This document shows, piece after piece, positions 29,885 through 38,081 of a stretch of 64,000 bases of DNA (positions are counted from its first letter, which is position 1; each line of letters opens with the position of its first letter). Both the position numbers and the translations under genes were made by a program. The stretch spans positions 12,256-76,255 of the forward strand of contig CAWBWE010000031.1 in NCBI GenBank assembly GCA_963792395.1, given 5' to 3'. The notes beneath the pieces were generated by a model. That model worked only from the letters and a program-made list of their open reading frames with translations. It was not told the origin of the DNA and did no database searches. The stretch comes from an uncultured Bacteroidales bacterium. Lineage in GTDB: Bacteria > Bacteroidota > Bacteroidia > Bacteroidales > GCA-2748055.

Positions 29885-31114
29885 ATGAGAGCCAGATTTT
29901 ATTTAGCGAAAAGCTTGATAGACAAAAGGGGAGAGGCACCGATTTATATTAACATCCATCATCGAGGTCATCGTTTAAGATATTATACCGGGGAAAGAAT
30001 CGACCCGGGAGCCTGGGATTCAGTAAACCAGAGGGCTAAAACAAAGGCCGGGGCTTCAAGCCTGTTGAATGAGCTCTTAGAGGTACTGGCTGAAGAACCA
30101 AAAGAGATTGAAAGAGCTGCCAGGATCAGCGGAATTGATTGCACCGTCGAATATTTAAAAGAAGGGCTATCCTATAACAGGTCGACACCCAGGGATTTTA
30201 TTGGGGTATTGGATAAATTCATTCAGGAGGAGGGTTTGCGGAACAGCTGGTCTTCAGAAGCTGAGAAAAAATGGCTGTTCTTCAGGAACAACCTGGCAAG
30301 ATTCGACAAGAAATATAGCCTGGAGTTTGATTCCATAAATGAACGTTTTGCCCGGGTATTTTTTTCTACCATGGGAAAGCATGGCTGGGCGGATGCGGTT
30401 GTAGAAAATCATATCAGCATGACCATCCAGTTTGTCAGGTGGGCGAGAAAAAAGGGCTATCATACCTCAACTGCTTACAGGGACATGAATGTACGTCCAC
30501 CTGCCCAGAAGCCTGAAATCACTGTGCTTAGCCTGACAATTGACGAAATTTCACGGGTGAATCAACTATCATTCAGTAAGAAAGAATCCAGATTTGAAAA
30601 AGCGCGGGATGTGTTCCTGTTTTCCTGTTTGACTGGATTACTTCATTCCGATCTGAAGAATCTACGCCGATCCAGTATTAAGTACAATTACTTGATAATT
30701 ACCTCACAAAAAGCTGAAGAATCCATCCGTGTGCCACTGGTGGATCTGGCACAATCAATACTTGAAAAATATAAGGACTCCGGGGAAATCAATCCCCTTC
30801 CTGTTGTCTCTCAGCAGAAGTACAATGAATACCTGAAAGAAATCGGAAGGCGTGCAGAGTTAAATGATAAAGTTACTCAGATTCAGTATAAAGACCGTGA
30901 AAGGATTGAATCCAGACTACCGAAATGGCAGCTACTAACATCCCATGTAGGGCGCCTTACCTTCGCTTCAATAGCCGTTTATCTCGGTATACCCATGGAG
31001 ACCGTATCCAGGATTACCGACCTTAAAGCGGATGATATTAAGGTTTATTATGACATAAGCGACAGCAAAAAGGAAATTGAAATGCAGAAATTTATTAATC
31101 TGACAATTTCTTAG
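29885..31114 (+). CDS. Tyrosine-type site-specific integrase (Bacteroidetes Arm-DNA-binding + SAM-like + catalytic domain), catalytic residues partly substituted
   Basis: ATG 29885 (MRARFYLAKSLIDKRGEAPIYINIHHRGHRLRYYTG is the Arm domain). The catalytic region reads FSCLTGLLHSDLKNL ... LTSHVGRLTFAS ... ITDLKADDIKVYY. It lies next to the 3' end of tRNA-Lys. Confidence 0.85.
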   Translation: MRARFYLAKSLIDKRGEAPIYINIHHRGHRLRYYTGERIDPGAWDSVNQRAKTKAGASSLLNELLEVLAEEPKEIERAARISGIDCTVEYLKEGLSYNRSTPRDFIGVLDKFIQEEGLRNSWSSEAEKKWLFFRNNLARFDKKYSLEFDSINERFARVFFSTMGKHGWADAVVENHISMTIQFVRWARKKGYHTSTAYRDMNVRPPAQKPEITVLSLTIDEISRVNQLSFSKKESRFEKARDVFLFSCLTGLLHSDLKNLRRSSIKYNYLIITSQKAEESIRVPLVDLAQSILEKYKDSGEINPLPVVSQQKYNEYLKEIGRRAELNDKVTQIQYKDRERIESRLPKWQLLTSHVGRLTFASIAVYLGIPMETVSRITDLKADDIKVYYDISDSKKEIEMQKFINLTIS

Positions 31115-31156
31115 TCATGCGACTGGGAGAGGAATTGGTAAGTAACGATAAACAAA

Positions 31157-31190
31157 AAACCCCGGTCGTCTCTGACCGGGGTTTCTTTTT
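31157..31190 (+). terminator. Rho-independent terminator after the integrase gene
   Basis: Stem AAACCCCGGTC / GACCGGGGTTT with loop GTCTCT, followed by CTTTTT. Confidence 0.75.
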
Positions 31191-31193
31191 GGG

Positions 31194-31269
31194 TGGTGAC
31201 TCAGCTGAGGTTCGAACTCAGGACCCCATCCTTAAAAGGGATGTGCTCTACCAACTGAGCTACTGAGTC
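31194..31269 (-). tRNA. tRNA-Lys (anticodon UUU), CCA encoded
   Basis: The reverse complement folds as a cloverleaf. Acceptor GACTCAG/CTGAGTC, D arm GCTC-AGTTGGTA-GAGC, anticodon arm CATCC-CTTTTAA-GGATG, T arm CTGAG-TTCGAAC-CTCAG, then discriminator A and CCA. Length 76 nt. Confidence 0.93.
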
Positions 31270-31438
31270 ATCCTGTTATCGCTTTAAAAGCGGTTGCAAA
31301 GATAACAACAAATATTTTTTTCTGCAAAAAAGAATATCATCACTTTTCTCGCTTTTGTTGTAATGAATTTCCGGGGTACTTCGTCTTCGGTTTAGAAATC
31401 AACATTATTAATGCATTTATAAACCAAAACAGGAAATC

Positions 31439-31942
31439 ATGAAAAGAGTAGTATTATTTACTCTGGTAGCCCTAGCCTTTCCGGCCTTTATGATGGCACA
31501 GAACAGTGCCGTAGACAAGCTATTTACACAAGTACAAGGGAAAGCAGGGAGTAACCACTGTTAAACATCAGTCCCGAGTTGTTCCAGATGGTGAATGCCA
31601 TGGAAATTGAGGATCTGGAGGATCAGGATCTTCCCCTTGATAAAGTAGCCAGTGTCAAGATCCTGACCATAGAGGATGAGGAAGAGTTTGAGAGTGTCAA
31701 TTTCTACGAGGAGATCAGGAAAGATCTGGATGTAGACGATTTTGCAGAAGTAATGACTGTGGATGATGGTGGAGAAGTAGTCCGCATGTGGATGAAGGCG
31801 AATGAAAAGCCAGTGTGCCGAGTTTCTGCTGATCGTGGGTGGAGACGATAATGTGTTGATCTACATTACCGGAAATTTCAATATGAACGACCTGGAAGGT
31901 CTGGCTGAATCCTTTGATGACGATATCGATATCGATCTATAG
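31439..31942 (+). pseudogene. DUF4252 domain protein, two frameshifts
   Basis: Signal peptide MKRVVLFTLVALAFPAFMMAQNSAVDKLF. The middle piece is ORF 31579..31851. The end EFLLIVGGDDNVLIYITGNFNMNDLEGL returns to the first frame. The layout is typical of DUF4252. Confidence 0.7.
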
Positions 31943-31983
31943 ATTTCATTAACTTAGAAGTTCTTTAAGATTGTTGACACCGT

Positions 31984-32501
31984 ATGAAATCCTCAGAATT
32001 TAAACTGTTGGTAATGCCATACAGTTCCCGGCTGTACCGGATGGCTTTTCGCCTGATGAACAGCCGGGAAGAGGCTGAGGACATTGTTCAGGAAGTTTAT
32101 GTGAAGCTCTGGGGAATGCGAAATGAGCTGCTTAAGTACAACAGCATTGAGGCACTTTGTGTCAGGATCACCCGTAACTTGTGCCTGGATCATCTGAGAC
32201 GAAGAAAAGTGAACCACGATGCCATGAAGGCGGAGCAATCGAAATTGGAAGAGTTTATCCTGAAACGCCTTCGGAGAACCTGGAAAAGAAGGAAAACGCG
32301 GAACTCGTTCATAGGCTTATTTCAGCGCTGCCTGAACCACAGCGGTCGCTGGTCCACCTGAGGCACCTGGAGGGAAAGGAATATGAAGAGATCGCCGAGA
32401 TGGTTAATATGAATGTGAATGCCATCAGAGTGAGTATTTCGAGAGCCAGAAAACAGATGCGTGAAATGCTAGAAAAACAGTATTCGTCATGGAGAGTATA
32501 A
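31984..32501 (+). pseudogene. ECF-type RNA polymerase sigma-70 factor, one frameshift
   Basis: Region 2 lies in ORF 31984..32361 (AEDIVQEVYVKLW ... RITRNLCLDHLRRRK). Region 4 lies in ORF 32181..32501 (LPEPQRSLVHLRHLEGKEYEEIAEMVNMNVNAIRVSISRARKQM). The switch is near 32240-32260. Confidence 0.85.
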
Positions 32502-33062
32502 AGAAGATACGTAAGTTGCTTGACCGGTTTTACCTGGGGGAGACCACCCTGGAGGAGGAGCAGATGCTTGCAGAAGTATTTTTCCTCCAGCCACGGTTCC
32601 GGAAGAGTTGATGGCCGACCGGGACCTGTTCCAGGTCTCTGGAGTCTGCGGGAATGAAACTATACATGGTTCCCGGTGGATCTGAACCAGAAAATCCTGG
32701 CATGCTATTGGACCGGCAGGAAAAAAAGTAACCCGGACCAGGAGAATATCCATATTTTCACTCTCCGGACTGGCAGCCGGACTGCTGGTGGTCATTGCGC
32801 TTTATGTGGGATATTTCAGGGACGGTCAGTCTGACCTGCTGGCTTCCCAGGAGTGACAGATACCTATGAGGATCCCCAGGATGCTTATGAGGAGGCCAAA
32901 AGAACCCTGGCCTATGTTTCGGCAAAACTGAATACAGGAACCAGTGAACTTGAAGCATGTGCAGCAGGTGAGCAAAACCACTCGGATCCTTTGAAGTCGC
33001 TGTCCAAGATCAATAAGGGGAGCAAGGAACTGAGTCTTCTGGGCCAGATTGCAAAGGGTTAG
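32489..33062 (+). pseudogene. Putative anti-sigma / membrane protein of the ECF module, several frameshifts
   Basis: Starts MESIKKIRKLLDRFYLGETTLEEEQML and overlaps the sigma gene stop. A TM-like segment LAAGLLVVIALYVGY and the tail ORF 32853..33062 lie in different frames. The function call rests on position only. Confidence 0.4.
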
Positions 33063-33123
33063 AGAATAGAATTAGAAAGTAAGTAGATAAGTGAAGATAT
33101 AAAGAATAATAAAACTTAATACA

Positions 33124-33644
33124 ATGAAACGGATAATTACTAGGAGGGATGCTGATGATATTGACACTCTTCGCATTCGGACAGAAATCAGCTGTGGACA
33201 AGGTATTTGATAAGTACAGCGGAAAGGAAGGCTATACCACCGTCTACATTTCCAGCTTCATGTTCAACCTGTTGAACAGCCTGGAAACGGACGATCCGGA
33301 TTACAATGAGTTTAAGAAGGCCACCGCCGGAATCTAACTCCATCAAGATTCTGACCCAGGAAGGCGGCAATTCGAAGTCTTTTGGCGCGGAATTGCTGGA
33401 TATGTTGCCCAGGTCGAGTACCAGGAGATGATGGTGGTCAAAGACCAGGAGGAGGAGGTTCTGTTTCTTGCCCGTGAAGCAGGGTGGAAAGATCACTGAA
33501 TTTCTTCTGATCGTCAGTGGTGGGGGCGAGGATGCACTGATTGCTATTCAGGGTGATATTGATCTGGAGAGTATTTCCAGCATTGCTTCCGGACTGGATA
33601 TGCCCGGCTTGGAGAACCTGGAGGATATGGAGGAAATGCCCTAG
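33124..33644 (+). pseudogene. Second DUF4252 domain protein, several frameshifts
   Basis: Pieces in several frames: QKSAVDKVFDKYSGKEGYTTVYISSFMFNLL, YQEMMVVKDQEEEVLFL and ITEFLLIVSGGGEDALIAIQGDIDLESI. It is a paralogue of 31439..31942. Confidence 0.7.
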
Positions 33645-35021
33645 GGAGTATAGTAGAGCATCTTCTCCACCTTGTTATTCTTTAGCCAGTTTTTCAGGAT
33701 TTGCCTGATATCCCTGTTGTCCAGGGCAGGCTGAATGCACTCCAGCATCTCTTCAATGCCCAGGTAGGTTTCATTCACCGACAGGTAGCCATAGCCCATA
33801 TACATCCCTTTTTCAATCCGAACCAGACTTCGTTCATCAGGCTCCCTTCCCTGATCAATGATCAGTACATTTCCCCGATCGAGTTTCAGACTTTCCAGAA
33901 GTGATTCTGCCCTCTTATTATAAGCTGATACAGCTTCTCCCTGTATGCAGGCTCCGTTACACTGGCGGATGGAATGGTGAAAACAGGCTCCGTCGGTCTG
34001 ATAGAGTCCACTCAGCTTCTGGCAAAGCCAGTTCTTCCCCACCATTCTTGGTCAGGGCTTCCCGGGCCTCCTTTTTATTATTAAAACAGGTGACCGGATC
34101 ATCTGGAGTTTCGGATATCTTCTTAAGAGCGAAAGTGATATATCCATATTCATCCTTCCCTGGATAGAGGCCCCAGTAAGAAGTTGTCCGTTTCTGGGCC
34201 CGGTTGTAACGGGGTTTCTGCTCCTTGATTTCATTGGATTCCTTAAGTAGTGCAATTAGCTCACTTCCAGTTAGTTCATAGGATATGGAATGGATGCGTT
34301 GTTTCATCTCCATGGCCCTTTTGGTGCTGGTGTTTCCCAGGTGGGAGAGGACCCTGTGACGGATGTCTTTGCTTTTGCCGATGTAAAGCAATTGCTTTTG
34401 ATCGTCGAAAAAATAGTAGGTTCCGCATTCCTCAGGCAGCTTCCGTATATCTTCGATTGTCAGATGCTCATTCAGGTTCTTATATCTTCCTGACGGATCC
34501 CGGACCAGGGCTGCATCAAACTCCCCGTTCTGCTGATCGCGCAGCAGTTCAAATAATCTTACTGTTGCCAGGGCATCCCCGGCAGCCCGGTGCCTGTCCG
34601 TGATTTCAATTCCCAGGTCCTTGCAGAGTTTACCCAGGCTGTAAGATTTATGTCCGGGAATAATTTTTCTGCTTAGTTTGATGGTGCAGAGGGTGTTGCG
34701 ATCGAAATCGAACCCAAGATTTTTGAACTCACTCTTGATAAAGGAGTAGTCGAATTTCACATTGTGACCTACAATGGTGTGGTTCTCGGTTCGCTCTACA
34801 ATTTCTTTGGCCACCTCGTAGAATCTGGGAGCATTGGCCACCATTTCGTTGGTGATTCCGGTTAGTCCTGTGATGAAATAGGGGATGGATTTTTCAGGAT
34901 TAATCAAGGTACTCCATTCATCCACGACTTTCTTGCCATCGTGAAAGTAGATGGCAATTTCGGTTATTTTTTCTGTTTTCGGACTTCCCCCGGTGGTCTC
35001 AATATCAAGTATGGCATACAT
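33641..35021 (-). pseudogene. DnaQ-like 3'-5' exonuclease fused to GIY-YIG nuclease domain (Cho-like), one frameshift
   Basis: ORF 33957..35021 has Exo motifs (ILDIETTG, GHNVKFDYSF, HRAAGDA) and then GIY-YIG (GTYYFFDDQKQLLYIGKSKDIRHRV). The C-terminal 134 aa continue in ORF 33641..34045. The switch is near 34040. Confidence 0.85.
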
Positions 35022-35490
35022 CGCTCATTCTCCAGCTCCTGACCTGATCTATTCCTGAGGTGGCTCTCCTTTGGTGTTTCTTCTTTAGGGTCTCTTTTTT
35101 TGAGGGTTCCTTTTTAGCGGCAGGTTCCTTTTTAGCGGCAGGTTTTTTCGCGGCAGGTTTTTTAGCAGCGGGTTTTTTTACTTCAGCTTTTGGCTCTTCC
35201 TTCTCTGGTTTAGGCTCCTTAGCAACTGGTTTAGGCTCCTCAGCAACTACTGGTTTAGGCTCCTCAGCAACTGGCTTAGTTACTTCGGCAATTGGTTCAG
35301 CAACCGGTTCTTGTTTAGGTTTTGGTTCAGCTTTTGCTTTGGGAGTCGTTTTTACCTTATCAGTTTCTGAAACGGCCTTTTTGGTTGTGCTCACTACACT
35401 GAATGCACGCTTTCTTTTACGGGGTCTGAGTACTCCGTAACTACCACCGAAGAGTTTCCCCCTGCGGGTTTTTCTATCACCTTTTCCCAT
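35005..35490 (-). CDS. Ribosomal protein THX (bTHX) N-terminal module fused to a ~130-aa Lys/Ala/Pro/Glu-rich histone-H1-like tail
   Basis: The N-terminus MGKGDRKTRRGKLFGGSYGVLRPRKRK closely matches Thermus Thx ([25 protein letters not shown]). The remainder consists of repeats (EEPKPV x2-3, AAKKP x3). The 3' end overlaps the dnaQ-like start by 17 nt. Confidence 0.7.
   Translation of the reverse strand: MGKGDRKTRRGKLFGGSYGVLRPRKRKRAFSVVSTTKKAVSETDKVKTTPKAKAEPKPKQEPVAEPIAEVTKPVAEEPKPVVAEEPKPVAKEPKPEKEEPKAEVKKPAAKKPAAKKPAAKKEPAAKKEPSKKETLKKKHQRRATSGIDQVRSWRMSDVCHT
35105..35290. repeat. Tandem 15-21 nt coding repeats inside the THX-tail gene
   Basis: GGTTCCTTTTTAGCGGCA occurs twice, followed by three GGTTTTTT(C/A)GC(G/A)GC(A/G)-like 15-mers. 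Then come three GGTTTAGGCTCCT(T/C)AGCAACT units. They encode the AAKKP and EEPKPV repeats on the minus strand. Confidence 0.8.
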
Positions 35491-35551
35491 GATTTTTTAG
35501 TTAGAGTTGTAGCGGTGAATATAGTAAAAATTGAGCGGTCCGCCAACCCTT

Positions 35552-36007
35552 TTATTTGGCAGGAATGAATTGGAGGGATACGGAATTCACGCAATGACGG
35601 GTATTTTTTTCTGTAAATCTTTCTCCCAGGAATACGTGCCCCAGGTGTCCTTCACAGTTGGAACAAATAATTTCCGTCCTCAGTCCGTCCGAATCCATTT
35701 TCCGGATAACGGCACCTTCAATCTCATCATCGAAGCTGGGCCAGCCGCAGTGGCTGTCAAATTTATCCCCTGAGCGGTAAAGCGGGGCATTGCAACGTTT
35801 GCAGACATAGACTCCTGTCTCCTTATGATCCACGTATTTACCGGTCCACGGTCTTTCGGTCCCCTTTTCAACAATGACAAACTCCTCAAAATCAGTTAGT
35901 TTATTGTATTCCACGGATTTTTTTATTGTGTTTGAATTCTGAACTTCCTGACCAGCCAATGCTGAAAAGACAGCCAGCATACTACAAACAATGATTAATT
36001 CCTTCAT
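35552..36007 (-). CDS. msrB: Peptide-methionine (R)-S-oxide reductase MsrB with signal peptide
   Basis: 151-aa ORF with zinc-site CxxC pairs ([20 protein letters not shown]) and the catalytic GWPSF motif. The N-terminus [20 protein letters not shown] is signal-like. Confidence 0.9.
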   Translation of the reverse strand: MKELIIVCSMLAVFSALAGQEVQNSNTIKKSVEYNKLTDFEEFVIVEKGTERPWTGKYVDHKETGVYVCKRCNAPLYRSGDKFDSHCGWPSFDDEIEGAVIRKMDSDGLRTEIICSNCEGHLGHVFLGERFTEKNTRHCVNSVSLQFIPAK

Positions 36008-36026
36008 CTTTTATCCTCCTGTTCTC

Positions 36027-37571
36027 TTATAACGCTGGGGATGGAGAAGGGTTCAATTCTGTTTCTCTAAAGGTGATAGCCTCGAAAATATAGAGATCTG
36101 CATCTTTCCACTCCTCCCACCCAAGACCTGCCTTTTCCCTGGCACAATGGCTCAGTAACTCTTCAAGGGTCCAATTCTCCTTTGCGGCCTTACCTGGAAG
36201 ATAAAGCCCTGAATGGTCATTTTTCACCAGGTAGATCCCATGTTTGAGAATATCAATCTCATCCTGGCCCAGGATTTTCTTTATGTTGGAGAGAAGGGAG
36301 ATTTCGATGGTAATGTATTCCAGATCAGATGTTTCTACAGGAGCAAACCGATTATCTAGAGTGGCACTTGCAATGGTCATTTCCTGGACCATGGCACTGA
36401 GAGGAATCGGCGGCATAAGATGTTCGATACACCCCCTTAGCTTATTGCCCATATACAGGCTTACCAGAGCAGAGGCAGGCCGTAGCAGGCTGGAAGGGAG
36501 CCCGTCGGCGGGGATCTCCGGGATGCTTTCATCCCGTATATAGGAATCCAGGGTGGACCGTGAGATCCCCAGTAGCATCGCCTGCTCCTCCTCGTTAAGC
36601 TCAAGGTGGGAATCGACTTCGCTTTTCAGACTAGCCGCCAGGGCCCAATATCCAACCACTCGCTGACGGTCTCCAAGAGGCGAATCCCCTGAATTCCGAT
36701 AAAGCAATGATTTGAATTTCAAGTCCTTTGCCTGGTCGGCCATGTAAAGCAGGGTCATGATTGAGCTCCAGTCCCCGCTGGGTGTTGCAAGCCCGCTAAC
36801 CTCTTGCGTGCTAGCATCGCGTAAGACATTGTAAAATCGCTCAGGATTGCCACTTGAAATGGCATCCGCAGTGAGGTGATCGATGCGTTTGGCATCAGTA
36901 TAGGAAGGATAGCGAGAAAAATCGGCACTGATGATAAACAGGTTTTCTGGAGTGAACCAGGGCAGCAGCGCAGTGGCCAGATCCCTGGCCCCCGCCAGGG
37001 ACGAGGATCCCATCACAATAGGGATGATGGGGGGCGTACTCTCGAAATGGTACCGGATGAAGGGTAGCTGCACCTCAATGCCCTGTTCCCGTTCATGAGC
37101 CTCAGGCCGGTACAGGATAGATGAGTGTTCCTTGATCAGACTGGTTGCGAGCTGGTGGTTGACCTTAAGCTCACCTAGTGGAGTGGAGTAACTACCTGCC
37201 AAACAGACTGAGATCCCTTCGAATTGTTCCCTGTGGGAAGTAGTGATAATAAAAATATTTGCATAGGATGTGTTTTTCGGGATCGTCTGATATCCGGAAG
37301 CAGTTACCAATCCGGAATAATCTAGCCCTGCATGTGGGACAATGATGGATTGTACTTTTTCTTTTCCACTGGCAGATTCAACTTCAGGCGCAGCTTGTCT
37401 TGCATCGCTGAAAAGCCTTTCCAAAACGCTGTTTAGGGCTGCCTTTCCGGAAGGGTAGAAGGTGCCGGCAAAAGCTGGCGTTCTTGTTAATCCAGCTTCT
37501 GCCTCCTGAGCTGATAAAAAGCATGGGAAGAATAACAAAACGCTGTATAGGAGGATGAGAGGTCTAGGCAT
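36027..37571 (-). CDS. Memo-like (AmmeMemoRadiSam protein B) fused to AMMECR1 (protein A) domain, with signal peptide
   Basis: Intact 514-aa ORF. The Memo start is AFAGTFYPSG ... IVPHAGLDYSG. The C-terminal AMMECR1 motifs are LRGCIE, DNRFAP and GLYLPG. The N-terminus is MPRPLILLYSVLLFFPCFLSAQ. Confidence 0.8.
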   Translation of the reverse strand: MPRPLILLYSVLLFFPCFLSAQEAEAGLTRTPAFAGTFYPSGKAALNSVLERLFSDARQAAPEVESASGKEKVQSIIVPHAGLDYSGLVTASGYQTIPKNTSYANIFIITTSHREQFEGISVCLAGSYSTPLGELKVNHQLATSLIKEHSSILYRPEAHEREQGIEVQLPFIRYHFESTPPIIPIVMGSSSLAGARDLATALLPWFTPENLFIISADFSRYPSYTDAKRIDHLTADAISSGNPERFYNVLRDASTQEVSGLATPSGDWSSIMTLLYMADQAKDLKFKSLLYRNSGDSPLGDRQRVVGYWALAASLKSEVDSHLELNEEEQAMLLGISRSTLDSYIRDESIPEIPADGLPSSLLRPASALVSLYMGNKLRGCIEHLMPPIPLSAMVQEMTIASATLDNRFAPVETSDLEYITIEISLLSNIKKILGQDEIDILKHGIYLVKNDHSGLYLPGKAAKENWTLEELLSHCAREKAGLGWEEWKDADLYIFEAITFRETELNPSPSPAL

Positions 37572-38028
37572 GTTTTAGGAAATCACGGTATTCCCTGAAG
37601 AAGGCTTCCAGCTTGGTCATATTCTCATACATAAACTGATGGGCCCTGGCCCAGGTTTCCCTGTTATATATATCGACTCCTTCCAGCTGCAGATAGATCC
37701 GGCTCACCGATTTTCCGTTCTCCCGGATATACTCCAGCTCCCAGATTAATTGTGATTCCATGGCCTCCTCCAGCAGTTTTTTAAGAGATTCCAACTTTTC
37801 ATAAAGTTCGATTCGCTTATCCATATTTTTGGTTTCCAGATCGATTCCCACCTGTGCCACTTCGCGGTCCACATGGAACCTCAGGTTAAGCGCTTTCATT
37901 CCTGTTTGTGACAGCATCCAGTTCCCGGGCAGTCCCTTCCTGGCTCGTCTGCCGGCAGAGAGCTGTTTGAAGGAGTCCCAGAACTCCTCTCTCAGTTTTT
38001 TTGCTTCCTCTTTTGAAAACATGGACAT
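37564..38028 (-). CDS. DUF4268-like protein
   Basis: 154-aa ORF. EEAKKLREEFWDSFKQ at the N-terminus matches my recollection of DUF4268. It overlaps the Memo-AMMECR1 start by 8 nt. Confidence 0.55.
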   Translation of the reverse strand: MSMFSKEEAKKLREEFWDSFKQLSAGRRARKGLPGNWMLSQTGMKALNLRFHVDREVAQVGIDLETKNMDKRIELYEKLESLKKLLEEAMESQLIWELEYIRENGKSVSRIYLQLEGVDIYNRETWARAHQFMYENMTKLEAFFREYRDFLKHA

Positions 38029-38081
38029 AACAAATATAATCCATGTATTCCGGTTTCCACGATTAAATCATATATTGGTGC

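Noticed and set aside
35105-35290. Short tandem repeats that could be mistaken for a CRISPR-like or VNTR array
   Set aside because: The units are 15-21 nt, contiguous with no spacers, and in frame with the AAKKP/EEPKPV protein repeats. This is a coding repeat, not a CRISPR array.
35060-35440. 126-aa + strand ORF (GFLAAGFF repeats)
   Set aside because: It is the antisense reading of the repeat-encoding tail of the THX gene. Repeat DNA stays open in several frames.
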